A DNA stretch of 32,000 bases from Candidatus Thalassarchaeaceae archaeon (GTDB lineage Archaea > Thermoplasmatota > Poseidoniia > Poseidoniales > Thalassarchaeaceae). The notes under the pieces were generated by a model, which searched no databases, was not told the origin of the DNA, and saw only the letters and a list, made by a program, of their open reading frames with translations. Position numbers and translations under genes: made by a program. Shown here piece by piece: positions 17,101 to 24,011 of the stretch; the first letter of the stretch is position 1, and each line of letters starts with the position of its first letter. The stretch lies in NCBI GenBank assembly GCA_045568075.1, contig JBJLBP010000001.1:660001-692000 (forward strand), read 5' to 3'.

Positions 17101-19238
17101 TCGATGGCTCGGTTGCACAGTATTCCTGCTCTGCGGGGACCTTCGCGGCTAATATGGGACAAATCGCCTGTGATGCAGCGGCTCCAGGGTACTACGTGCC
17201 CGCTGTCGCCGCTGACGCTCAGATTCCTTGTGCACTCGGATCTTGGCAAGCCTCTCAGGGAGCGACCGAGTGCGCAACCGCCGACCCTGGGCATTATGTC
17301 GATCAGGAGGCCTCCACAATGCAGACAGCTTGCGCAGCGGGCTCATACAATCCAAGCAGTGGTTCGATCGACTCAGATGACTGCATGGCAGCCGATGCTG
17401 GAAGTTACGTAGGCAATGAAGGCTCAGCCGAGCAATTACTCTGTCCAGCAGGGACCTATCAGCCAGCACCGGGTCAGTCAAGTTGTATCGATGCTGACTT
17501 CGGTTACCATGTGCCGACAGATGGTTCGACGGGACAGATTGGTTGCAGTATGGGATCCTACCAAGGAGAACGAGCCGGCACAGAGTGTCTGACAGCTGAG
17601 CCCGGCCATTACGTCGATTCTCACTTTGCATCCGCTCAGCAAGCCTGCCTCGCGGGCACATACAATCCCAACAGTGGATCAACCTCGGCTAACGATTGCA
17701 TCGAGGCGAACTCAGGATACTTCGTCGCTCATACAGGATCATCCGCTCAAGAGGCATGCGAATTAGGAACCTATCAGCCGAGCGCAGGATGGTCAAACTG
17801 CCTCGTAGCCGACCCTGGTTTCTATGTTGATACGATGGCTGCAACAGCCCAAATCGCTTGTGAGGCAGGTGACTACAACCCGAACTCGGGGTCGGTCACG
17901 GCCTCAGCCTGTTCCGATGCAGACCCAGGAAACTACGTCCCTGACCCCGCCTCCTCTGCCCAGATTCCATGTGAGGAGGGAAATTATCAGAACCTCCGCG
18001 GACAGACCGAGTGCAAATCCGCGGGCCTCGGTTATTACGTCGATTCCCCGTCAGCAATCTCACAAAATCCAGCCCCTATTGACTACTACATAGACACCGA
18101 AGGAGCGACTGAAGCACTGCCTTGCCCTAATGGGCAGATGACAATGGTGGAAGCAGCCAAGGATGTCAGCGATTGTCACATCGATACCGACGGCGACCGA
18201 ATTCCCGACTTCCTCGACAGAGACGATGACGGCGACGGTATCGACGACGGTTGGGATCTATGTGATTACGGCTTGATGAACTGGACCAGTACCAAATTAA
18301 ACGACTGGGATCAAGATGGCTGCGAGGATACCATCGAGGACAATGACGACGATAATGACGGATACCTCGATGACAATGATGTCCTCCCGCTCGACCCCGA
18401 AGAATGGCTCGACACTGACGGCGACGGAATCGGCAATAACGCGGATACCGACGACGACGGCGATGGTATTCCTGACCTTGAAGAGCAGAGTCTCGGTTTG
18501 GATCCGCTCGTTGCAGATTACGATGGCGATGGATATAACGACAGCATCGACGCTTTCCCCAAGGATGCTGATGAATGGATTGACACCGACGGCGACGGGG
18601 TCGGAGATAATTCTGACAGGTTCCCGACGATCAAATTCTACCAGAATTACGTTCAGGCCTCGATTCATCTTGTGATTGGCCTGATCATCCTCGGTGTCAT
18701 CGGCTTCAGTGTGCGCATGGGAATGGGTCGAAGTGAGAAACCTGAGGCCGATGATAGCACGCACGAATTACGTGAGATTGGAGGTGTCGAAGTAAGAATT
18801 TCGGCCGAGGATATGCTGTATGATGACGAGCCGGTTCCAGAACCAGAGCCTGAGCCTGAATTCACGCCACCTGTAGCGATGTTCGATTTGGACTCGGCTC
18901 AGCCTTCGGTGGCAGAAGTCGAGGAAGACGAACCAACGACTGAGCCGATGGCTTGGGATCTAACTCATGAGGCCGAGTCGGAGGAAGAATCTCTCGAAGA
19001 AGACTACGACGAGTCAGCCGATGAAGTATCAGAGGTAGGCGAGCTTGACCTAGGGTCATTACTCGATACGGCTCCGCCACCAAAGCCACGCGTCGAAGCT
19101 CCTGAGGATGCTCAAATCAACGAGCATGGACAGAAGGTTTGGCAAGATGCAAACGACGATATTTGGGTGCAGAACCCCGACGGCAGTCTACTGAAACACA
19201 ACGTATTGACTGGAGCCTGGGAGCCATACACGCAGTAG
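14169..19238 (+). CDS. Giant (1,689-codon) type-I membrane surface protein: N-terminal signal/anchor, RCC1-like beta-propeller, Asp-rich Ca-binding repeats, PPC-like domain, ~20 Cys-containing ephrin-receptor-like (GCC2/GCC3-type) repeats, second Ca-binding block, TM, acidic cytoplasmic tail
   Basis: ATG 14169 (MLNEETKRTIALGICTLFFGVTMLGFLIG); the track uses GTG 14139. A single uninterrupted frame. The domain evidence is listed in the sub-features and findings. Confidence 0.9.
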   Translation: MLNEETKRTIALGICTLFFGVTMLGFLIGSQGATLVLGVEEEADFTHGSGPTLNVRGSEAGSVFSHSVLNVADDGPIVVLANGTTIEWSAGSAVYSEDSVISSSGAGQCSILSNYSMYCTGSNNYGQLGLGNTAFSAGYVSLSPEPVVVDEGKDHSCAILVDASLWCWGRNHHGQIGDDSTTNRVSPVQIDLGTNVDVVAVSAGEDHTCAITDTGDVKCWGYNIRGQLGDGTTNDSYVPIEANHSTGLRAVSLVTSGRSTCAIFDNGSVGCWGNKYTVFSDNGAATANVHLVDLGAGATATMLDGVGSHTCAVIDDGSMQCWGVNTHGQLGDGTCSSTINSACSAENIFPGEGDSTVQVNLSAGLSVLAAATSTDSTCALLSDDSLRCWGAQSGEFDNTSDSMLNPYELSFTDGAHVAFTDQDMDGDGTRNIFDTHQTGDDDGDGVIDTADDYPNNPARWTDCDDGKYGRLICTDADAGHSAPGNTLVQTQCETGTFQPYTGQSTCLDASAGHYSDSDGATSQSACASGYYNAMVGQSSCTAAPAGSFASTTGGDAGATNTTALPLSVMSANYSATVNGGSDTSDVFSLDLPRNAWFSANLTSPMGQDFNIDLLNETFDMVSFSATNATQEEVSTSAAGNASGFYYIRIMYSSGSTGPGNYSLVIDLRSTSGSMSQIGSTATLVDAEHGISTTLCGVGTWQNQVGSTSCNAASAGHYVYGTGATTQTACSPGYYQPTTGQTTCIIASTGYYVPTSGAASQTAASPGYYVNVSGSSFQQACAAGTYQTSAAQTTCFAANPGYYVPTAGQANMTICDVGTYQPNSGQTSCIDADPGNYVPNQGATAQSQCLVGTYQPYSGQWACLNAEPGHYVPTVASTSQIACVTGTYQPASGQDKCDSASAGYYVNSTAAVSQDPCLPGTYQPSIGQTECLAADAGHYVDTQAATAQIACSAGSYNPNTGADEASDCMLADTGHYVALDGSVAQYSCSAGTFAANMGQIACDAAAPGYYVPAVAADAQIPCALGSWQASQGATECATADPGHYVDQEASTMQTACAAGSYNPSSGSIDSDDCMAADAGSYVGNEGSAEQLLCPAGTYQPAPGQSSCIDADFGYHVPTDGSTGQIGCSMGSYQGERAGTECLTAEPGHYVDSHFASAQQACLAGTYNPNSGSTSANDCIEANSGYFVAHTGSSAQEACELGTYQPSAGWSNCLVADPGFYVDTMAATAQIACEAGDYNPNSGSVTASACSDADPGNYVPDPASSAQIPCEEGNYQNLRGQTECKSAGLGYYVDSPSAISQNPAPIDYYIDTEGATEALPCPNGQMTMVEAAKDVSDCHIDTDGDRIPDFLDRDDDGDGIDDGWDLCDYGLMNWTSTKLNDWDQDGCEDTIEDNDDDNDGYLDDNDVLPLDPEEWLDTDGDGIGNNADTDDDGDGIPDLEEQSLGLDPLVADYDGDGYNDSIDAFPKDADEWIDTDGDGVGDNSDRFPTIKFYQNYVQASIHLVIGLIILGVIGFSVRMGMGRSEKPEADDSTHELREIGGVEVRISAEDMLYDDEPVPEPEPEPEFTPPVAMFDLDSAQPSVAEVEEDEPTTEPMAWDLTHEAESEEESLEEDYDESADEVSEVGELDLGSLLDTAPPPKPRVEAPEDAQINEHGQKVWQDANDDIWVQNPDGSLLKHNVLTGAWEPYTQ
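14481..15350 (+). other. RCC1-like repeat region (about 6 blades)
   Basis: Recurring blade signature: YCTGSNNYGQLGLGNT, LWCWGRNHHGQIGDDSTT, VKCWGYNIRGQLGDGTT, VGCWGNKYTVFSDNG, MQCWGVNTHGQLGDGTC, LRCWGAQSGEFDNT. Each is preceded by an H(S/T)CA(I/L/V) strand. Boundaries are approximate. Confidence 0.75.
16251..18176 (+). repeat. In-frame array of ~18-19 degenerate 33-37-aa Cys-pair repeats (C-x-x-G-[TS]-[YW]-[QN]-P-x-x-G-Q-x-x-C-x-x-A-x-x-G-x-Y-V ...), ephrin-receptor-like/GCC2_GCC3-type
   Basis: Example units: CDVGTYQPNSGQTSCIDADPGNYVPNQGATAQSQ, CLVGTYQPYSGQWACLNAEPGHYVPTVASTSQIA, CLPGTYQPSIGQTECLAADAGHYVDTQAATAQIA. Two to three further units lie upstream at ~15585-15830, before the PPC-like domain (~15858-16172). 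Confidence 0.8.
18177..18625 (+). repeat. Asp-rich thrombospondin-type-3-like calcium-binding repeats (DxDxDGxxDxxD)
   Basis: DTDGDRIPDFLDRDDDGDGIDD, DWDQDGCEDTIEDNDDDNDGYLDDND, DTDGDGIGNNADTDDDGDGIPD, DYDGDGYNDSID, DTDGDGVGDNSD. A shorter block of the same type lies at ~15430-15540. A TM helix (ASIHLVIGLIILGVIGFSV) follows at ~18656-18712. Confidence 0.75.
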
Positions 19239-19338
19239 AGGAGACCCCGTTTCGTTGTGTTTTCCACAACCGAACTGACCAATCGCGCGCGTCGCATTGA
19301 TAATCCGACACCTGATGCGAGAGTCACCGGTGAGAGAA

Positions 19339-19794
19339 ATGATAGACATCGATAACGAACATATCCCAACAATCGAGGCAAGCGCCCACTGCGATGGACC
19401 CTGTGGAGTCTACGACCCAGCGAGCGCTCGAGTAGCCGCGGAGGCGGTCCAATCAATGACTAAGAAAATGGTTGCACTCAGTGAAAGTAGCGCAGATTGC
19501 AGTTCTGCATCATACATCAACACCATGAGCCGATACGCAGTAATCAAGGAAGAAGAATCACAGAAGTGTAAGGACGAATTGTTGATTCTCTGGACCGACT
19601 TCTTCAAGCCTCAACACCTAGAGACAATTCCAGACCTGCACGACACATTCTGGCAGGCCGCAAAGCTCTGCTCCGCCTGCAAGGTCGAAGTCTCAGAACA
19701 ACATGCTCAGGAACTAATGGATGCGGTAGAAGCGATTCATCACATGTTCTGGGCTGCCAAGGGCCGTGACGTCCCATGGATACGCGCTTCCTGA
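19339..19794 (+). CDS. sodN: Nickel-containing superoxide dismutase precursor (Ni-SOD)
   Basis: The Ni-hook HCDGPCGVYDPA (canonical HCDLPCGVY) starts at 19387, directly after a short leader ending ...IEASA. ATG 19339 is preceded by SD-like GGTGAG. Alternative starts are ATG 19315 and TTG 19297. Confidence 0.85.
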   Translation: MIDIDNEHIPTIEASAHCDGPCGVYDPASARVAAEAVQSMTKKMVALSESSADCSSASYINTMSRYAVIKEEESQKCKDELLILWTDFFKPQHLETIPDLHDTFWQAAKLCSACKVEVSEQHAQELMDAVEAIHHMFWAAKGRDVPWIRAS

Positions 19795-20072
19795 ATGTCG
19801 TCGTGAAAGGCGACTCAATGTGGCCTACGCTCAAGCAGGGTAGCACTGCTAAGTTTGAGAGAATTGACCCAAACTCAGTATCTGTAGGGCAAGTAGTATT
19901 GTTAGATCATCCATTCATGCCAAATCTAAGGATAATCAAGAGAATACAATCTATAGAGGATAGACAATTATTCCTGGTGGGGGATAATCCAGACCCAACC
20001 GCCAGTGAGGATAGCCACAACTTTGGCATGGTAGATATTGCGTTAGTCATCGCAGTTCTTTCTCAAGAATGA
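19776..20072 (+). CDS. sodX: Ni-SOD maturation protease (S26 signal-peptidase-like, SodX)
   Basis: 98 aa. Ser block VVKGDSMWPTL, Lys block LRIIKRI, and GDNPDPTASEDSHNFG. Overlaps the sodN 3' end by 19 nt. Size and linkage fit the sodN-associated protease family. Confidence 0.8.
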   Translation: MDTRFLNVVVKGDSMWPTLKQGSTAKFERIDPNSVSVGQVVLLDHPFMPNLRIIKRIQSIEDRQLFLVGDNPDPTASEDSHNFGMVDIALVIAVLSQE

Positions 20073-20078
20073 TGGAAT

Positions 20079-20240
20079 TTATTGCAAAGGGATAACCAGT
20101 CCTTTTGGTGGTCTAAGCACCCAAATTAACCAAATTATTGAAGCTAAATTTATCGCTATTGCAAGGTAGTGTACAGTTTCCATTGGTCTGTCCGTCACTC
20201 TTGTGAATATGGATTCAATCACAATGAAATTGATTCCCAT
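20079..20240 (-). CDS. Hypothetical 53-aa single-TM ORF in the AT-rich spacer (weak)
   Basis: Hand-found: MGINFIVIESIFTRVTDRPMETVHYLAIAINLASIIWLIWVLRPPKGLVIPLQ. No recognisable family. It could be a chance ORF in AT-rich DNA. Confidence 0.15.
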   Translation of the reverse strand: MGINFIVIESIFTRVTDRPMETVHYLAIAINLASIIWLIWVLRPPKGLVIPLQ

Positions 20241-20272
20241 ATATATGCTAAATATCCATCCAAGAAATGAAA

Positions 20273-21253
20273 TTAGAATTGGATGACATTAGCACCCCAG
20301 GCTAAACCGCCGCCAAAGGCAGCGGTTACAACCAAATCACCCTCTTTGATGAGCCCTTCATCCATCGCCTCACGCATTGCAATAGGCACACTCGCACCGG
20401 CGGTATTGCCGTATTTGTGGAGATTTGTGAAAGTCTTAGACATCGGTAATCCAAGATTCTCCATACCTGTCTTGATGATGTTGATATTTGCCTGATGGGG
20501 TATCACAAAATCGACCTCATCAAGCGTCTTACCGACTCTCTCAAGCGCCGCATGGACCGCTTGCGGAAATGCCTCAATAGCAAAGTTCCAGACTGCTCGA
20601 CCGTCCATGTGGAAGTATTGCATACCCTCTTCGAAGTTGGCGCTGGGGATCGGTACTCGGACCCCTCCGGCGGGGATCTCTATGACTTCCGCGCCACTAC
20701 CATCACTCATCAGCCACGAGCCTAGGACGCCCTTTCCATCCGCAACCTTGCCGAGCACTGCCGCACCTGCTCCGTCTCCAAATAGCACGCACGTTGCTCG
20801 GTCCTGCCAATTGAGGATTCGAGAATAGATTTCAGAGCCGACCACAAGCACGTGGTCGTAACCCGGTGTCCCGACGAATCGGGCACCGATATCCAATGCA
20901 TGGACCCAGCCGGCGCAGACGGCATTGATGTCGAATGCGCCGCAATCAACGCAGCCTAATTTGTGCTGAACGATGCCTGCAGTCGAGGAGAGTGGCACGT
21001 CTGGTGAGGAGGTGGCGAGGATGACGAGGTCGATGTCAGCTGGGGTGAGTCCGGCGTCGTCCAAAGCCAGTTTGCAGGCTTCAACGGCGAGATCGGAGGT
21101 GTGCGTGTCTGCGTCAGCGATTCGCCTCTTCTTCATCCCCGTCTTAGTGGTGATCCACTCGTCGCTGGTCTCGACAATCTCCGCCCAATCCTCATTGCTC
21201 ATCTCATGAGGTGGAACATACGCTCCGAGCCCGATGATGCCCACAGATGTCAT
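20273..21253 (-). CDS. fabH: 3-oxoacyl-ACP synthase III (KAS III / FabH family)
   Basis: 326 aa. N-terminus GIIGLGAYVPP, catalytic Cys block NAVCAGWVHAL, His block IPHQANINI, Asn block YGNTAGASVP, and the C-terminal GGGLAWG. Confidence 0.85.
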   Translation of the reverse strand: MTSVGIIGLGAYVPPHEMSNEDWAEIVETSDEWITTKTGMKKRRIADADTHTSDLAVEACKLALDDAGLTPADIDLVILATSSPDVPLSSTAGIVQHKLGCVDCGAFDINAVCAGWVHALDIGARFVGTPGYDHVLVVGSEIYSRILNWQDRATCVLFGDGAGAAVLGKVADGKGVLGSWLMSDGSGAEVIEIPAGGVRVPIPSANFEEGMQYFHMDGRAVWNFAIEAFPQAVHAALERVGKTLDEVDFVIPHQANINIIKTGMENLGLPMSKTFTNLHKYGNTAGASVPIAMREAMDEGLIKEGDLVVTAAFGGGLAWGANVIQF

Positions 21254-21300
21254 GCTATCACCCGCTGCGCGAGTGCGGCTATCTTTCAGTCATTCCGACT

Positions 21301-22836
21301 TCAATCGTGCTTGAGACAGATGTTCATTGGCTCTGAGAAGAATCCGAGACTCCAGCGGCCACCCTCTCTGCCAACGCCGCTGTCCTTGACTCCGCCGAAG
21401 GGCACGCGCAAGTCGCGGTGCAGCCATGTATTGACCCAGACCATTCCCGTATCAATCGATTCGGCGACCCGACGTCCTTTGTCGAGGTCGCCGGTCCAAA
21501 CGCTTCCAGCCAAGCCGTAGCGGGTATTGTTGGCAATAGCTACGGCTTCTTCCTCGGCCTCGAATCGGTGAATCGTTACGACCGGTCCGAAGATCTCCTC
21601 GGTAGAGCAGCGGGCGTCGGGCGAAAGTCCTGCAATCACCGTCGGTGCCAGCCAGTTTCCGTGCTCGAACTCTTTGGGAAGGCAGGGGTGGCCTCCAGTC
21701 AGAACCTCTCCTCCCTCTTCCTGTGCGAGGGCTACGTAGCCCTCCACTTTGGCGAGGTGGTCGGGAGAGATGAGTGCACCGAGTTCGGTCTCATCGTTAC
21801 TTGGGTCGCCGATGCGCATCGATTCGACCGAGTCGACGAATCGTTTGACGAATTCGTCGTAAATCCCTGATTGCACTAGAATACGACTGCCACATAGGCA
21901 GACCTGACCTTGGTTGAGGAAGGCAGCTCGGGTAACACCCGGGACGGTTTTTTCAAGGTCACAATCATCGAAGATTATGCTGGCGTTTTTACCGCCGAGC
22001 TCGAGGCTGAGTTTCTTGAATTGTGGAGCGGCGGCGGCTGCGACCTTGGCTCCGGTGTCCGTGCCGCCGGTGAAGGAGACAAGGTCGACATCGGAGTGAG
22101 TAGTAAGTGGCCCTCCGGCTCCGGCTCCGTTCCCGTGCACGAGGTTGACGACTCCTGCAGGTAGTCCAACCTCGTCGATGGTTTCCATCAGTAGATTCGC
22201 TGTCATCGGAGTTAGTTCGGAGGGCTTACAGACTACTGTATTGCCCATGCCAATGGCCGGCGCAACCTTCCATGACAGGAGATAGAGGGGAAGATTCCAC
22301 GGTGTGATCAATGCAGCAACGCCGACCGGTTTTGACACGACTACATTGGTCGCGTTATCCATTTCGAATATCTCATCGGGTGAATCCGCCTTCTCGCGGA
22401 TAAGCCCAGCAAAGAAGCGGAAGTTGGCGACTGATCGGTAGGCATCGACAGCGCGTGCCAGTGCGATCGGCTTACCTGTATCGCGGCTCTCAAGGGCTGC
22501 GATATCCTCGTATTTTGTCTCTAGAGCATCGGCGATTCGATCTAACCAGTCAGCACGCTCAGCAAAGTCCAGAGCACCCCAATCCGGAGCAGCCGCGCGC
22601 GCTGCAATAACAGCTGCATCGACATCATCCGGACCAGACAACGGCACGCGTGCAAACCGGTAACCGGTTGCAGGTTCGAGGACGTTCAACCAGTTGTTCT
22701 CGTCGGCCTCGTTCCCAGAGTGTCCAACAAACTCTCCACCTATGTAATTCAACAAATCGAGCGGTGCTGCCCCGTCTCGGTCCCGCTCGCAGGGAACGCA
22801 CCCGGATTCACAGCACTTCTCAGGCTCCAAATTCAA
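21301..22836 (-). CDS. NAD(P)-dependent aldehyde dehydrogenase with an N-terminal CCxSGCxxC (oxidoreductase-like) extension
   Basis: ALDH blocks: LNYIGGEFV, ITPWNLPL, catalytic Glu LELGGKNA, catalytic Cys GQVCLCGSR, EEIFGPV. The start codon is TTG at 22836 and overlaps the stop of the upstream gene (TTGA). No in-frame ATG exists upstream of the ALDH core. Confidence 0.85.
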   Translation of the reverse strand: MNLEPEKCCESGCVPCERDRDGAAPLDLLNYIGGEFVGHSGNEADENNWLNVLEPATGYRFARVPLSGPDDVDAAVIAARAAAPDWGALDFAERADWLDRIADALETKYEDIAALESRDTGKPIALARAVDAYRSVANFRFFAGLIREKADSPDEIFEMDNATNVVVSKPVGVAALITPWNLPLYLLSWKVAPAIGMGNTVVCKPSELTPMTANLLMETIDEVGLPAGVVNLVHGNGAGAGGPLTTHSDVDLVSFTGGTDTGAKVAAAAAPQFKKLSLELGGKNASIIFDDCDLEKTVPGVTRAAFLNQGQVCLCGSRILVQSGIYDEFVKRFVDSVESMRIGDPSNDETELGALISPDHLAKVEGYVALAQEEGGEVLTGGHPCLPKEFEHGNWLAPTVIAGLSPDARCSTEEIFGPVVTIHRFEAEEEAVAIANNTRYGLAGSVWTGDLDKGRRVAESIDTGMVWVNTWLHRDLRVPFGGVKDSGVGREGGRWSLGFFSEPMNICLKHD

Positions 22837-24011
22837 CCCTCCTGATTACCCTCATTGGAGAAAGGGTCGGAGCGAGTCATAGCTTCAGTATACTCTTTCC
22901 AGTCCATGGAGAAGCGGTCTCGATCGGGGTCCCATTCGTCCCAGGTGACAACTTCCTCGAGGGCTGAGCGGTAGCTGTCTGGAACAATTCCTGGGACGAT
23001 AAACGCCTTCTGCCGGTGCAGTGGATACGGGTTGCGCAATTGGATACCCAAGACACCCAATACTGCTCGTGCCACATACCAAGTTGCTTGAGAGTTCCAT
23101 CCGTGTGCGATCTTGATTACGATTCCAAGTCCCTTGGGCCAGTCCGGATGATCAATTGCTAATCCCAAGAGACCATCTGCACCTTCTTTTGCAATCAATT
23201 TGCCTTCACCTGCTTTGAGGCAAGTAGAATCGAGTCGATTGAAGCCACCGATGAGGTCTGGGTGACGGTTCATCGCTTCCCAGATCCAGTCCTTATCACG
23301 GTTGGTTGCGAGTCCTGCGAACATCACTGCCAGTTCGTCGACGGTGTTTGAGACGGTTGGAAATCCGCAGCCGTCCTTGGCTACGCGCATCGGCTCCCAA
23401 TCGGGCTTACCCATGTAGGTGCGCAGGGTCTCGAGATACTTCGGGAACCAGGGTGAGCTTGGGAGTGTGTAGCCGGCGCGGTTCATGCCCATCTTTCGCA
23501 TTGCCTTCAGGATGGCTGCGTGTTCTCCTGAACAGGTGTGGAACCAGCGGCGAGGTCGACGTACTTGGCGTCCAAATTGGATGAGGGGGACGTCGAGGGG
23601 GCACTGCATGAGCCCCCACTCGGATTCTGAGAGTAGTGATTGTGCGGCTGCGACGTGTTCGGTGTCACCATTGTGAGAGGAGCAGGCGATTGCTTTCTGC
23701 TTCCAATCGAGTTCATCGAGGGCGCCGGTGAATGGTTTCATCATCAGTGGTTTCATCATCGAGCGTCCATAGACGAGGACATTACCGCCGAAAGAATGGA
23801 TGATTTCGTCTCCATGGGCCCAAGCGATGGCGCCATGGATAGTGTTCTCTGAGACATCCATACGACGGAAATCAACGAGAGGCTCCCATTCGACATCGCG
23901 ACCAGTGGCGATCCCCTCATGCTTCTCACCGAGTGGATTCGTTGGAAATACGGCCGACCCCGGTCGACCGGGAGCGACGCTGGACGGTTGCTCATTCTTG
24001 CGCGCGCTCAT
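22833..24011 (-). CDS. Asparaginase-II family (PF06089-like) amidohydrolase
   Basis: Blocks are collinear with Rhizobium-type L-asparaginase II as I recall it: RSMMKPL, ACSSHNGDTEHVAAAQSLL, HTCSGEHAAIL, KDGCGFPT, AKEGADGLLG. The ATG overlaps the upstream stop (ATGA). Confidence 0.7.
   Translation of the reverse strand: MSARKNEQPSSVAPGRPGSAVFPTNPLGEKHEGIATGRDVEWEPLVDFRRMDVSENTIHGAIAWAHGDEIIHSFGGNVLVYGRSMMKPLMMKPFTGALDELDWKQKAIACSSHNGDTEHVAAAQSLLSESEWGLMQCPLDVPLIQFGRQVRRPRRWFHTCSGEHAAILKAMRKMGMNRAGYTLPSSPWFPKYLETLRTYMGKPDWEPMRVAKDGCGFPTVSNTVDELAVMFAGLATNRDKDWIWEAMNRHPDLIGGFNRLDSTCLKAGEGKLIAKEGADGLLGLAIDHPDWPKGLGIVIKIAHGWNSQATWYVARAVLGVLGIQLRNPYPLHRQKAFIVPGIVPDSYRSALEEVVTWDEWDPDRDRFSMDWKEYTEAMTRSDPFSNEGNQEG

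Noticed and set aside
17149-17682. 177-aa minus-strand ORF, plus many other 60-150-aa ORFs on both strands between 14100 and 19500
   Set aside because: All lie inside the single long, motif-rich frame of the giant surface protein. Repetitive GC-balanced coding sequence generates long alternative-frame ORFs, and none has recognisable motifs.
16251-18176. ~100-bp periodicity considered as a CRISPR array or satellite DNA
   Set aside because: The periodicity is at the protein level and in frame, with conserved Cys/Gly/Tyr. The DNA units are degenerate, with no invariant direct repeat or unique spacer structure and no cas genes nearby.
19850-20272. AT-rich patch considered as a mobile element or insertion sequence
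   Set aside because: I could find no transposase or integrase ORF, no terminal inverted repeats and no flanking direct repeats. It is reported only as a compositional anomaly.
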